From the NCBI GenBank assembly GCA_021413775.1, contig JAIOPS010000026.1, forward strand, positions 1-63,833: a DNA stretch of 63,833 bases, written 5' to 3'. The translations under genes were made by a program, and so were the position numbers. The stretch is from Candidatus Kaiserbacteria bacterium. Lineage in GTDB: Bacteria; Patescibacteriota; Minisyncoccia; Phycocordibacterales; UBA2100. Below the pieces are notes generated by a model. That model did not search any database, was not told the origin of the DNA, and saw only the letters and a list, made by a program, of their open reading frames with translations. Of this stretch, positions 19,516 to 29,753 are shown one piece after another (the first letter of the stretch is position 1; every line of letters starts with the position of its first letter).

Positions 19516-19588
19516 AGCCGCTTCCCGGACTCGAACCGGGGACCTTCGCTTTACAAAAGCGTTGCTCTACCAACTGAGCTAAAGCGGC
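19516..19588 (-). tRNA. tRNA-Thr (anticodon TGT), CCA not encoded
   Basis: GCCGCTT/AAGCGGC acceptor stem, AGCTCAGTTGGTAGAGC D-arm, TT-TGT-AA loop, GGTTCGAGTCC T-arm. Confidence 0.95.
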
Positions 19589-19590
19589 GT

Positions 19591-20016
19591 TCAGCTATTC
19601 TGCCCGTTACTGTCAGGAGTATCAAGTCCGTTCCCCTCGTCGGGCGCGCCGTTCTTGTAATCACTGACATTTTTGAGAAAGTCCGACTGTGTTTCGCGGC
19701 GTTCAAATCCCCTCTTGTGCGAGACGAGGTCAGCGAGCCGGTGCGACTGCCTCTCGACGGTGCGCGCGATGAATGCGGCGCCAAGTGCAGCATCGTGCAC
19801 GATGGTTCGCGTCAGAAACACCATTTCCGAAGGAAGCTTCTTGAGCTCGCCCTGAGACCATGAAATCCAGCTCTTCAGCTCGAGCGCACGGGTATCCGCG
19901 TGCTCCCGCAAGGTCGGCGCAAACACTTTCGACGTACGCACCTCCCAAGCCTTAAGAGAGAAGAGCAGGATAATCGACAGGAGCGAGAGCGCGAAGATAA
20001 GTATCGCGAAAGTCAT
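19591..20016 (-). CDS. hypothetical membrane-anchored protein
   Basis: N-terminal TM; directly downstream of tsf. Confidence 0.7.
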   Translation of the reverse strand: MTFAILIFALSLLSIILLFSLKAWEVRTSKVFAPTLREHADTRALELKSWISWSQGELKKLPSEMVFLTRTIVHDAALGAAFIARTVERQSHRLADLVSHKRGFERRETQSDFLKNVSDYKNGAPDEGNGLDTPDSNGQNS

Positions 20017-20018
20017 GA

Positions 20019-20603
20019 TTATTTAACGGAGAGCCTCTCAAAACGGGCCACCTCGATGCGCTCACCGAATTTCTGTACGTACTGGTCTATGAGTTGGCGC
20101 ACGGTCATATCGGAATTCTTGACGAACGGCTGTTCAACGAGCACGCGCTCGGAAATGTAGCTCTCGAGCTTGCCCTGAAGCGCCTTTTCTTTCGAAGCTT
20201 CCGGCAGATTCGCGACCTCGCCCGCGAATACTTCCCGGGCGGCACGGAGATCCTCTTCCTTAATGTCGTCGCGGGAGAGAAACTGCGGATGCATCGCCGC
20301 GACATGCATGGCGATATCGTATGCGAGCTTGCCGAACTCTTCGTTGCGCGAAACGAAATCCGTCTCGCACACGAGTACGACCGCGCCCACAACGGAGCCC
20401 CCGGCGTGGATGTACGCGCTCACAATACCGGCAGCGAGTTCGCGGTCGGATTTCTTGCTCGCAGTCGCAGCTGATATTTTGCGGAGAATAACCTTCGCTT
20501 TTTCGACGTCCCCGGCCGCTTCTTCAAGAGCCTTTTTGCATTGCATGACGGAAACTCCCGTTTCCTCTCTGAGCGCCTTAATCATGTCCGTGGTGATTTC
20601 CAT
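20019..20603 (-). CDS. tsf: elongation factor Ts (short form)
   Basis: IKALREETG...CKKAL, CETDFV, IAMHVAA. Confidence 0.95.
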   Translation of the reverse strand: MEITTDMIKALREETGVSVMQCKKALEEAAGDVEKAKVILRKISAATASKKSDRELAAGIVSAYIHAGGSVVGAVVLVCETDFVSRNEEFGKLAYDIAMHVAAMHPQFLSRDDIKEEDLRAAREVFAGEVANLPEASKEKALQGKLESYISERVLVEQPFVKNSDMTVRQLIDQYVQKFGERIEVARFERLSVK

Positions 20604-20666
20604 AGATGACGATTGTACATTAAAAAACCTGTCGCCGCACGAGTGCGGCTTCAATAATTGCGGAAT

Positions 20667-21362
20667 TTACTTCTGCGGAGCGCGCTTCCCTTCGTTGACC
20701 GCGTTCGCGATACCTTCAGAGATGAGACGGATGGAGCGTACCGACGTGTCGTTGGCGGGAATCGGATACTGAACCATGGCAAAATCACAATCAGATGACG
20801 AAAGTCCGACGACGGGAATCTTGAGCTGGTTCGCCTCTTTCACTGCGGTTTCCTCGTGACGGGTGTCGACGATGTAGAGCGCTCCCGGGAGATCCGACAT
20901 GTTGACGAGTCCGCCGAAACGGCCGAGCAATTCTTCTATCTCACGGTCAATCATGAGACGCTCGCGCTTCGTGTACTTCTCAAGCTCACCCGATTCGCGG
21001 TCGGCCATGAGCTTCTGGAGGCGCTCGATGCGCTTCCGGATATTCTTGAAATTTGTGAGTGTGCCGCCAATCCAGCGTCCGGCCACGTACGGCGAACCTG
21101 TCTTTTCCGCGAGCTCCTTCACGATGCTGATTGCCTCGTGCTTGCCGCCGACGAACACGACCTGGCGGCCGGTCGCAACGACAGATGATACGAATGCCCG
21201 AGCGGCCTCAAGGCGCTTTTCGGTCAACTCGAGGTCGAAAATATCAGTACGGTCCTTGGTTCCGAAGAGGAACGGAGATGCGGTGGGGTGACGGCGCGCG
21301 CGGGGGTAGCCGAAATGCGCTCCCGCTTCGAACAATGTCTTAATATCGGTAACAATTGACAT
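20667..21362 (-). CDS. rpsB: 30S ribosomal protein S2
   Basis: AGAHFG, RWIGGTLTN, IPAND. Confidence 0.97.
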   Translation of the reverse strand: MSIVTDIKTLFEAGAHFGYPRARRHPTASPFLFGTKDRTDIFDLELTEKRLEAARAFVSSVVATGRQVVFVGGKHEAISIVKELAEKTGSPYVAGRWIGGTLTNFKNIRKRIERLQKLMADRESGELEKYTKRERLMIDREIEELLGRFGGLVNMSDLPGALYIVDTRHEETAVKEANQLKIPVVGLSSSDCDFAMVQYPIPANDTSVRSIRLISEGIANAVNEGKRAPQK

Positions 21363-21413
21363 GATGTTTTGAAAAAATGCCGCCCGAGGGCGTGAGCCAA
21401 GAATATAGCAAAC

Positions 21414-22397
21414 TTACTCCTCATCCGCAACAGCATCCCCTCCGTCGGCCTTTGCGAGCGCTTCGAGAATGGGGCCCAGGTCGCCCGCCAGTATTTTCGG
21501 GATATTGGACCACGACTCTTTAATGCGGTGGTCGGTAATCCTGTCCTGAGGGAAGTTGTACGTACGGATTTTCTCGGACCGGTCTCCGGTGCCGACCTGC
21601 GACTTCCTGTCCGCGGCGCGCTCACGCGCCTCACGCTCATCCTGCGCCTGCTGGAGCCTGCTCATAAGGAGCATCATGGCCTTCTCTTTGTTCTGCGCCT
21701 GCGAACGCTCCGATGTGCAGCGGACGTCCATGCCCGTCGGTTTATGTACGATGCGCACGGCCGTTTCGACTTTATTCACGTTCTGGCCGCCGGCGCCTCC
21801 CGAGCGTGAGGTCTCAATAAGAAGGTCCGAAGGATTTATTTCAATCTTCGTACGCTTGTAAATCGGCAGAATCGCCACCGAGGCGGTCGACGTGTGAATG
21901 CGACCCTGCTTCTCAGTCGCGGGAACGCGCTGTACGCGGTGCACGCCCGTTTCATATTGCAGCTCGCGGTAACAATCCACACCTTTCACTTCGAACTGTG
22001 CCTCCTTAAAGCCGCCGAGAGCCGCACGCGATTCATCGAGGGATTTCCATTTCCATCCCTTATTCTCGGCATACCGCAGGTACATCGACGCGAGCTCGCC
22101 GGCGAACAGTGTCGCTTCTTCCCCGCCGACACCCGCGCGAACCTCGAGCACGATTTCATTCGGCCATTCTCGTTCGTTCGGATTTCCGATGATTGATTCC
22201 ATCTGCTTCATGAGTGCGTCTTTCTGAACCTCGATGTCCGAAAGCTCCTTCTCCGCGAGCTCCTTCATCGCAGGGTCCACCTCCATCAATTCCGTCGCAT
22301 CCTTTTCCGCCTGCGTGAGACGGTTCCACTCGACGACCAAATACGAAACCCGCGGGTCGTCCGCGTATTCCTCTGGTTTGATGACGTGTTCGGCCAT
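21414..22397 (-). CDS. prfA: peptide chain release factor 1 (short N-terminus; start may be 22421)
   Basis: [12 protein letters not shown] (PxT), [24 protein letters not shown]. Confidence 0.93.
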   Translation of the reverse strand: MAEHVIKPEEYADDPRVSYLVVEWNRLTQAEKDATELMEVDPAMKELAEKELSDIEVQKDALMKQMESIIGNPNEREWPNEIVLEVRAGVGGEEATLFAGELASMYLRYAENKGWKWKSLDESRAALGGFKEAQFEVKGVDCYRELQYETGVHRVQRVPATEKQGRIHTSTASVAILPIYKRTKIEINPSDLLIETSRSGGAGGQNVNKVETAVRIVHKPTGMDVRCTSERSQAQNKEKAMMLLMSRLQQAQDEREARERAADRKSQVGTGDRSEKIRTYNFPQDRITDHRIKESWSNIPKILAGDLGPILEALAKADGGDAVADEE

Positions 22398-22430
22398 ATC
22401 AATAATGTAAGTGTAGCGCACCGCACCTCC

Positions 22431-22468
22431 ACAAAGGTGACACCTCCGTACGGAGGTGTCACCTTTGT
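22431..22468. terminator. perfect 38-bp palindrome, probable terminator downstream of rpmE
   Basis: ACAAAGGTGACACCTCCGT|ACGGAGGTGTCACCTTTGT. Confidence 0.65.
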
Positions 22469-22478
22469 AAGACGGGCG

Positions 22479-22748
22479 CTATTTCTTTGTCTTCTTGGGA
22501 GCCGCTGCTGCGAGGCGCTTCTTGAATTTATCGACGCGGCCGGCGGTGTCGATGACCTTGGACTGACCGGTATAGAAAGGATGTGAAGCGCTCGAGATTT
22601 CAACCTGATACACGGGATACTCTTTACCGTCCTCCCATTTATCGGTCTTTTCTGTCTCAATGGTCGAACCAATGAGAAAACGCTTCCCCGAGGTGACGTC
22701 CTCGAAGATAACGTGTCTGTAGCCTTCCGGATGCAGTTCCTTTTTCAT
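22479..22748 (-). CDS. rpmE: 50S ribosomal protein L31 type B (Cys-free)
   Basis: [25 protein letters not shown]. Confidence 0.95.
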   Translation of the reverse strand: MKKELHPEGYRHVIFEDVTSGKRFLIGSTIETEKTDKWEDGKEYPVYQVEISSASHPFYTGQSKVIDTAGRVDKFKKRLAAAAPKKTKK

Positions 22749-22788
22749 GTCGGGCGATTATACGGAAAATAGAATAAAAGACAAGCAC

Positions 22789-24072
22789 TCATCCTCCGAG
22801 AATATCGATTTGCGCCTGATACTTCGCTGCGAGCGCCATCACATCATCACCGTAAAAGGCATAGGCCGACTTTGTCGCATTCTTCCATCCTGCGAGATAC
22901 CGCAGCGCAGCGAGACGCTCGGCCGCTGCCGTTCCGCCGTCCGCTCCGTTATCCATCATGAGGAGTGCCGTCGCAAACGTCGCGGTACGCGGGTCCCACG
23001 GATTCGGCGGTGTCTGTCCTGTTATTTTCGCTATACGGTCTTTGTAGAGAACCCAGGTCGAGGGAATGAACTGTGCAGGTCCCATCGCACCGCCCCAGCC
23101 GTACCAGGCCTTCTTTGAGACCGGCTGCGTATCCGGATTAAGACCGAGCTCCGATGTTATTTCCGCGAAAACAGGAACATCGCGCGTCGGATGCATATCG
23201 ACCTTCCAGTTGCCTGTACCGACGTTCTGGCCGAGGTTACTTTCTTCCGCGAGAATGCCGAGTATGACGGCTGGGCGCACGCCGGTTTTGGCGGACGCTT
23301 CTTTTGCGTATGCGAGCATGTCGCCGAAGCTGGTCGAACGGTTTCCGCCGTTGAGTGCGAAGAGTGCCGCCTTTATCTGCGCTGCGGTTTGCTGCTTTGC
23401 GGCGATGATTTTCTGGTAGTTCGCCTCCTGTCCTTTCGCCGCATTCACGAGGTCCTGCTTTTCCTTTTCAGTCTGTTTCAGTGACCGCTGTTGCAGTACC
23501 TGGAGCTGCAAGAGGTCGCTCTCCTCACTCTGCTTATCCTCCAACTCCGTCTTCCGCGTCGTTAAGTCTGAGCGCGTGTTAGCCATCTGAGTAAAGGCTT
23601 CGCCGAGCGCACGCTGTACCTGTTCAAACGCATCTATGTCGTCAAAAACATCGGTAACCGAACCGTTCAGCGCAAGCTGCGCGAGCGATATATCATCTAT
23701 TTCGCGTGTGCGCCGCAATATTTGGGCGAGCGAGGCTTCTCCTGCCGCGACTTTCACGTCAACGGTATTGATACCCCTCTGCTTGTCCAAAATATCGTTC
23801 TTCAGCTGCTGAATCGTGAGGTCGCGCTGTTTAATCTTCAGTTGAGCATCTTTTATTTTTGAGTCGAGAATCGAAACATCCCGCTCAAGGCTTGTGCGCT
23901 CCCGTTGCTTCGAGGAAAGTTGCGTTTGGTTTTGCGTTATCTCCGCATTTATCTCATCGAGCTGTTTTTGCAGCGCCGCCCTTTGATTGTCGACCGCTGT
24001 ATCGGCAAAAAGAAACAGCGGCGCAAAGAGTAACGCCGCAGCAGCGGATGCGATGAGAACGTTCCTGTGCAT
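22789..24072 (-). CDS. secreted coiled-coil protein with C-terminal lytic transglycosylase (SLT_2/MltB-like) domain
   Basis: Signal peptide, long heptads, EESNLG, GAMGPAQFIPSTW. Confidence 0.85.
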   Translation of the reverse strand: MHRNVLIASAAAALLFAPLFLFADTAVDNQRAALQKQLDEINAEITQNQTQLSSKQRERTSLERDVSILDSKIKDAQLKIKQRDLTIQQLKNDILDKQRGINTVDVKVAAGEASLAQILRRTREIDDISLAQLALNGSVTDVFDDIDAFEQVQRALGEAFTQMANTRSDLTTRKTELEDKQSEESDLLQLQVLQQRSLKQTEKEKQDLVNAAKGQEANYQKIIAAKQQTAAQIKAALFALNGGNRSTSFGDMLAYAKEASAKTGVRPAVILGILAEESNLGQNVGTGNWKVDMHPTRDVPVFAEITSELGLNPDTQPVSKKAWYGWGGAMGPAQFIPSTWVLYKDRIAKITGQTPPNPWDPRTATFATALLMMDNGADGGTAAAERLAALRYLAGWKNATKSAYAFYGDDVMALAAKYQAQIDILGG

Positions 24073-24180
24073 ACACGTTATACACTCAGTATAACCCGTC
24101 TCTTGCCGCCGCGTGAATATAAAAAAACAGGGTGATGCCCTGTTTCTTCATGATTTTTTGAACGCGCAAATGCGACGAAG

Positions 24181-24825
24181 CTACTCTTTCTTCTCGCCTT
24201 CAGCCGGTGCTGCTTCGCCTTCGGCCGGAGCGGCTTCAGCGGCTGCGCCTTCGGCCGGAGCGGCCTCCTGCGCTTTCTCCTCGACGAACTCCGTCACAGA
24301 TACGAGTATCTCTTCCGGACTCGTCTTGAGCTCAGCGGATTTGGGGAGAGCGATGTCGCCTGCGAGAATATGGTCGCCGACGTTCACCAGCTTGGACAGG
24401 TCGATTTCAAAGCTATGAGGAAGCTCCGCAGGTGAGACTTCAATCTCGACCTCGTGCATCGCCTTTACGATGATGTGACCAGCTTTTTCCGCAGGAGAGA
24501 CGCCGACGAATTCGAGCGGCACGTTGATTTCAACCTTCTTGCCCTTTTCGATAACATAAAAATCAGCATGGAGGAGCTTGCCCGTGACCGGGTGTACCTG
24601 CACGTCGTGGATGAGAGTATCTTTGTCGCCGCCGGCACCCTGGAGAGTTATGAGTGTCGTTTCTCCAGCGTCGCGCCAAATCATCTCGAGCTTGCGCGCA
24701 TCGACTGAGATAGCCGTCGCCTCTTCCTTCGGACCGTAGAAGACGGCCGGCACGCGGCCGGACGCACGGACAGAATCCGTGTCTATCTTCGAGTCTCTCG
24801 GCTGGACATCAAGCATGATTGCCAT
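24181..24825 (-). CDS. rplY: 50S ribosomal protein L25/CTC
   Basis: VPAVFYG, QVHPV...LHADF, acidic/Ala tail. Confidence 0.95.
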   Translation of the reverse strand: MAIMLDVQPRDSKIDTDSVRASGRVPAVFYGPKEEATAISVDARKLEMIWRDAGETTLITLQGAGGDKDTLIHDVQVHPVTGKLLHADFYVIEKGKKVEINVPLEFVGVSPAEKAGHIIVKAMHEVEIEVSPAELPHSFEIDLSKLVNVGDHILAGDIALPKSAELKTSPEEILVSVTEFVEEKAQEAAPAEGAAAEAAPAEGEAAPAEGEKKE

Positions 24826-24894
24826 GGGCGGCAGTATACGGATTTATCCCGTTTTTGCAATCATCCGGCTATTTCAGCGTGCTAAAATGCCGCG

Positions 24895-25884
24895 ATGGAT
24901 GTTCTCGCAATCGGTGATGTGGTTATCGACGATTTTATACGCCTGAAAGACGCACGGGCGAACTGCGACATCAACAACGAGAACTGCATGCTCTGCGTGC
25001 GATTCGGCGATAAGGTGCCGTTCGAATTTAATCAGCTCGTGCCGGGTGTCGGTAATTCTCCGAATGCGGCTGTTGCGTGCGCACGACTCGGTCTTGCGAC
25101 GGGCCTTCGGGTCCATGTCGGAGCCGATGACCGCGGCAAGGTCTGCATCGACGCACTGAAGGCAAACGGCGTAGACACGTCGCTTGTCGTCGTCGAGGAA
25201 GGCAAGCTGACCAACTACCACTATGTACTCTGGTACGAAAGCGAGCGCACGATTCTCGTAAAACACGAATCGTTCTCATACTCGATGCCGACGCTTACCG
25301 AAAAACCGAAATGGATGTATCTCTCTTCGCTCGCGGATAACACCCTGTCGTATCATCGGGAAATCGCAAAATACGTTTCGGAGAATCCGGATGTGAAGCT
25401 CGCGTTCCAGCCCGGTACGTTCCAAATAAAATTGGGTGCGGAAGCGCTCAGGGACCTGTATGCACATACGCAGATTTTCTTCTGCAACAAAGAGGAGGCT
25501 CAAAAGATACTGAACATTCACCAAGAACACGACATCAAGAAACTGCTCGACGGAGTCCACGCGCTCGGTCCGAAAATCGTCGTCATCACCGACGGCCGCG
25601 AAGGTTCCTACGCGCGCGATGAGAGCGGCGCAATGTGGCACGCACCGATGTACCCGGACCCGAAGCCGCCGCTTGAGCGCACGGGCGCCGGTGACGCCTC
25701 GGCATCGACGACCGTCGCATATCTCGTGAAAGGAATGTCACTTGAAGAATCTCTTTTGCGCGGACACATCAACAGCGCGAATGTCGTCCAGGAAATCGGC
25801 GCGCAAAAGGGACTGCTCACCGCTGAACAAATCGAAGACTGGTACTCCCGCCGCCCGGCGGACTACCGAGCAACAGCAATTTAA
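24895..25884 (+). CDS. PfkB-family carbohydrate kinase
   Basis: GNSPNAAVACARLG, NKEEA, ITDGREG, RTGAGDA. Confidence 0.9.
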   Translation: MDVLAIGDVVIDDFIRLKDARANCDINNENCMLCVRFGDKVPFEFNQLVPGVGNSPNAAVACARLGLATGLRVHVGADDRGKVCIDALKANGVDTSLVVVEEGKLTNYHYVLWYESERTILVKHESFSYSMPTLTEKPKWMYLSSLADNTLSYHREIAKYVSENPDVKLAFQPGTFQIKLGAEALRDLYAHTQIFFCNKEEAQKILNIHQEHDIKKLLDGVHALGPKIVVITDGREGSYARDESGAMWHAPMYPDPKPPLERTGAGDASASTTVAYLVKGMSLEESLLRGHINSANVVQEIGAQKGLLTAEQIEDWYSRRPADYRATAI

Positions 25885-25997
25885 GGGCTCTACTCTGCCC
25901 TATTCCGCTCTTGACCTGAGCATATTTAAATGTTATAATTACAAGTGGGAGGTCTCGACAGAGACCGGAGTCACTCACATCATGCAACAAAGCAGGA

Positions 25998-26579
25998 GTG
26001 AGTGTAATGCGTATCAGACTTTGGCCCATCGAGGCGCGGCTTCACAGTTTCGCCCCGTACTTCTCGTTCATCGTTCTTGCCTTTTTCGCGCTCGCCGCGG
26101 GGGTGTATTCCCTCTCGATGTACGCGAAGAAAGAGCAGGCTGCTATGTGTCTCGCCGAAAACCTCTATCACGAGGGTCGCGGCGAGCCGGTAAGCGCGCA
26201 GTACATCATCGGCATGATGACGATTGCGCGCGTCACCGACCCCGATCCGCAATGGCAGAAGACCATTTGCGGCGCGGTCGCACAGAATCGCCAGTTCAGT
26301 TGGACGCTGGATTACAAGCTCGCAACGCAAAGAAACGAGCAGGCGAAGTGGGAGCAGGCGAAGTTCATCGCGCGCGACCTTCTGGCACATGCGTGGGCCC
26401 GCTACGTGTTGCCGGCCGGATGGGAATGCGCACGGTTCTTCAAGCGAAGCGACGGAAAAGGTGTCTCAAAAGCCTCAATGAAGGAGTTCGAGACAAGGCT
26501 CTTCCCCGTCGGTTCGTTCGGTCACCATACCGCATACCAGGAACGTCGCGGGTGCAAAAATCCGCTTCCGACCAACTGA
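25998..26579 (+). CDS. SleB/Hydrolase_2-like cell wall hydrolase
   Basis: TM, CLAENLYHEGRGE, TICGAV.Q..QFSW, GHHTAY. Confidence 0.8.
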   Translation: MSVMRIRLWPIEARLHSFAPYFSFIVLAFFALAAGVYSLSMYAKKEQAAMCLAENLYHEGRGEPVSAQYIIGMMTIARVTDPDPQWQKTICGAVAQNRQFSWTLDYKLATQRNEQAKWEQAKFIARDLLAHAWARYVLPAGWECARFFKRSDGKGVSKASMKEFETRLFPVGSFGHHTAYQERRGCKNPLPTN

Positions 26580-26596
26580 TCTATCTTTTAGGAATT

Positions 26597-26624
26597 GCCG
26601 CGGCCTCGAGCCGCGGCTTTTTTT
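26597..26624 (+). terminator. intrinsic terminator
   Basis: GCCGCGGC-CTCGA-GCCGCGGC plus T7. Confidence 0.7.
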
Positions 26625-26643
26625 ATTCTCCCGGATGTTTTTA

Positions 26644-27630
26644 CTATTTCCGGGCAATCGCTTTTTTCACGGCGTCTACGATATGTGATACACCCATGCC
26701 GTAGTGTTCGATGAGCTCTACAGGCGTTCCGGACTGACCGAACTGGTCGTGAACGCCGATGAATTCCTGCGGAAGCGGTTTGGTTTGAACGAGAAGCTCG
26801 GCGATTGCGCTTCCGAGACCGCCTGAAATCTGGTGCTCTTCGACGGACACAAGAGCGCCTGCACTACCCGCTTCCCGTACGATTGTTTCCGTGTCGAGCG
26901 GCTTGATGGTATGTACATTCGTGACACTTATCCGAATTCCCTCTTTCTCGAGCTCGCGTGCGGCAAGGAGCGCATTGTGAACGAGCGGCCCCGTAGCGAA
27001 TACCGCACACACGGGAGAGTCAGCACGGTAGAGAACGTTCGCCTTGCCGATTTTGAACGGAGTATCGGCGGCGGTCATGACGGGTGTCTTTTCCCGGCCG
27101 AAACGCAGATAGAAGGGTCCGTCGCCTGCGGCAGCGGCCAGCGTCGCCTTGCGGGCCTCCTCGCTGTCGCACGGAGAAATCACGGTCATGTGCGGCTGCA
27201 TGCGCATGAGGCCCATATCTTCAAGCGCCTGATGCGTCGCACCGTCGGGCCCCACTGAAACTCCGGCGTGCATCCCGCATACAATCGCATGCACGTTGTT
27301 TATCGAAAGTGTCGTCCGAATCTGTTCATTATTTCTTCCGGGAGAAAACGTCGCGTACGATGTGAGGAACGGAATTTTCCCGTATTCGGCGAACCCTGCC
27401 GCAAGTGCCGCCATATTCTGTTCTGCGACGCCGATTTCAATAAAACGCTCCGGGAATTTTTTCTGGAACGCTTCGACGCGCGTCGATTCCGTGAGGTCTG
27501 CGGAAAGCGCGACAATGCGCGGATCCTTTTCCGCCGCTTCGATGAGTCCCGCGCCGAACCCGTCGCGGGTGGCCGCCATGTCGGGCGTCCCGAATATATT
27601 CACTTTCAGTTTCATTTCAGGAATCAGCAT
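26644..27630 (-). CDS. transketolase, C-terminal subunit
   Basis: GVAEQNM, GPDGATHQ, YLRFGR, EEHQ. Confidence 0.93.
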   Translation of the reverse strand: MLIPEMKLKVNIFGTPDMAATRDGFGAGLIEAAEKDPRIVALSADLTESTRVEAFQKKFPERFIEIGVAEQNMAALAAGFAEYGKIPFLTSYATFSPGRNNEQIRTTLSINNVHAIVCGMHAGVSVGPDGATHQALEDMGLMRMQPHMTVISPCDSEEARKATLAAAAGDGPFYLRFGREKTPVMTAADTPFKIGKANVLYRADSPVCAVFATGPLVHNALLAARELEKEGIRISVTNVHTIKPLDTETIVREAGSAGALVSVEEHQISGGLGSAIAELLVQTKPLPQEFIGVHDQFGQSGTPVELIEHYGMGVSHIVDAVKKAIARK

Positions 27631-27631
27631 A

Positions 27632-28492
27632 CTATTGATGTTCGCTCGCAATTTTTCCCTGCATTGTACGCAACTCATTTAAGAAGAGCGCTGCCTCCTC
27701 TTTGTTCGGCGGTTTGCCGTGCCAGCGGTAATCGCGCTCGATTTCACTGATGCCCTTCCCGGGAATCGTATGCGCGATGATTACCGTCGGCTTTTCATAG
27801 ATTGCTTTCGCCTCTTCGCACGCGGCGATGAACTGCGGGATATTGTGACCGTCGACCTCGAGTACGTGCCAATTGAATGCTTCGTACTTTTCGCGCAACG
27901 GCTCGAGCGGCATAATGCTCTCCGTGTAACCGTCTATCTGAATATTATTCCGGTCGATGATACCGGTGAGGTTCGAGAGCTTATTGGCGCCCGCCCACAT
28001 CATCGCCTCCCAGATGTTTCCCGAATCATGTTCTCCGTCGGACATGGCGCAATACACGCGCGACTTCGCTCCGTCCATACGCATAGCATACGCGATGCCG
28101 GCCGCCTGCGAGAGACCGGAGCCGAGGGGGCCGGAGGTGGATTCAAGTCCGGGCAATTTTGTGCGCTCCGGGTGACCCTGTAAGCGTGAGCCGAATTTTC
28201 TGAGAGTCAGACACTCTTCAACGGGAAAGTATCCCGCATGCGCCATCGCAGCGTACCGTACCGGCACGATGTGACCGTTGGAGAGAATCAGGCGGTCGCG
28301 CCCCTCCATATCGGGATTTTTGGGGTCGTGATTGAGTACGCGGAAATAAAGTGCCGTAAAAATATCCGTCATTCCGAGCGGGCCGGCAGTGTGTCCGGAG
28401 CCCGCCGCAACGAGCATTTCGATAATCGTCTGCCGGATTTCGTTCGCCTTCTTCTCCAATTGTTTTATTTCCGAATCCAAAAGAGCTTCCAT
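27632..28492 (-). CDS. transketolase, N-terminal subunit
   Basis: AGSGH, DRLILSNGH, LQGHP, SDGE...N TPP motif, WHGK. Confidence 0.93.
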   Translation of the reverse strand: MEALLDSEIKQLEKKANEIRQTIIEMLVAAGSGHTAGPLGMTDIFTALYFRVLNHDPKNPDMEGRDRLILSNGHIVPVRYAAMAHAGYFPVEECLTLRKFGSRLQGHPERTKLPGLESTSGPLGSGLSQAAGIAYAMRMDGAKSRVYCAMSDGEHDSGNIWEAMMWAGANKLSNLTGIIDRNNIQIDGYTESIMPLEPLREKYEAFNWHVLEVDGHNIPQFIAACEEAKAIYEKPTVIIAHTIPGKGISEIERDYRWHGKPPNKEEAALFLNELRTMQGKIASEHQ

Positions 28493-28499
28493 CGCCCGA

Positions 28500-29243
28500 T
28501 TATACCGCGACTTCAGCCTGTCGCGGTGCACAGCCGCGCATCGCGCGGTCGAGAATTTTGGCGTACGCGGAAGCAGGATTGTCCGCTTTTGAAATTGCGG
28601 AGCCGACGCACAAACGGTTCGCCCCGGCGCGGACGAGCAGCTCCACATTCGCTTCGGAAATACCGCCGTCCACGGCAACCATGAGATCAGGATAGTGCGC
28701 GTGAAGCTCTTCTGCACGTTGCAGAGCGCGCTCATCGAAAGGCTGCCCCTGAGCGCCGACTTTTGCGATGGACATGAGCTGGACGGCGTCGCACAGCGGT
28801 ATAAAGGACTCCAGCAAATCGAGCGGCGTATCGAGACACACCGAAAGACCTACTTCTTGTGCACCTGCCGCCTTCCACTGCGCAAACATATCCCGCGCGA
28901 CATCCGCATCAGAAAGTGACTCGACATGCGCGAGCACACGAAATGCACCCGCACGCGCAAGCAGCGCTCCTATCTGCCGCGGGTCCGAGACCATAAGGTG
29001 CACTTCGTACTGCATGGACTCCGAGCACGGGAGCATCGCTCCCGTAGAGTACAGACGTTCCAATTCGGACATTTGTCCGTGCCTGTAGGGCCAAGAAACA
29101 ACGGGCGCAAATACACCGTCGCAAATATCAAGCTGAATGAGCGGTGCATATTCTGCAAACTCTCTCGAGCGGCGCTCAAGCTCCGATAAATCGGGTGGGC
29201 ACGTGTTCGTCGGAATCACGTGAGGATCGCAGAGATACTTCAT
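28500..29243 (-). CDS. rpe: ribulose-phosphate 3-epimerase
   Basis: DICDGVF, EVHLMV, GAQGQPF, VDGGI, VGSAI. Confidence 0.85.
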   Translation of the reverse strand: MKYLCDPHVIPTNTCPPDLSELERRSREFAEYAPLIQLDICDGVFAPVVSWPYRHGQMSELERLYSTGAMLPCSESMQYEVHLMVSDPRQIGALLARAGAFRVLAHVESLSDADVARDMFAQWKAAGAQEVGLSVCLDTPLDLLESFIPLCDAVQLMSIAKVGAQGQPFDERALQRAEELHAHYPDLMVAVDGGISEANVELLVRAGANRLCVGSAISKADNPASAYAKILDRAMRGCAPRQAEVAV

Positions 29244-29255
29244 GCGCGAGGTGGC

Positions 29256-29744
29256 TTACGGGCCTACGCGGAATGTTCCGGTCGGTTCTGTGGAGGGACT
29301 CGCGCCTGAAGGCACCGTGCATGAGTCTGAAGGGCTCGGTACGGTCGCCTCCGTAACAGCACCGATACAATACGATGCAATGACGCTGCTCACGGTATAT
29401 GCGGTGTAATTGTAATTGGAGCCGGTCGACGGGTCAGTCGGTACGGCTGATATATCACCATCGGTAACAAGAGCGGAGAGGGCCGAAGGGTACGCAGGAG
29501 TAGTCTGATTGCTGTAGTAGAGCTCCAACGCGACCTGGAGTTGTTTTACGTCGGCGAGCCGGCGGGCATCTCTTCCCTTTTTACGCGCGGAATTCAACGA
29601 ACCGAGAATGACTGAGGAGAGGAGCCCTATGATGGCAATAACCACGAGGAGCTCGATGAGGGTAAAGCCCTTCTCTGCGCTCGTGTACCGGCTGATGCCG
29701 TGTGATGTTCGTGCTGACATGTTAGTTGTGTTATGTAACGACAT
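29256..29744 (-). CDS. type IV pilin / GspG-like prepilin
   Basis: KG|FTLIELLVVIAIIGLL class III signal; RDARRLAD..QLQ.ALELYY. Confidence 0.9.
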   Translation of the reverse strand: MSLHNTTNMSARTSHGISRYTSAEKGFTLIELLVVIAIIGLLSSVILGSLNSARKKGRDARRLADVKQLQVALELYYSNQTTPAYPSALSALVTDGDISAVPTDPSTGSNYNYTAYTVSSVIASYCIGAVTEATVPSPSDSCTVPSGASPSTEPTGTFRVGP

Positions 29745-29753
29745 TCAAAACCT

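Noticed and set aside
19412..19573. N-terminal extension of the CsoR-like ORF from the ORF track
   Set aside because: Overlaps tRNA-Thr and the operator; ATG 19411 is the plausible start
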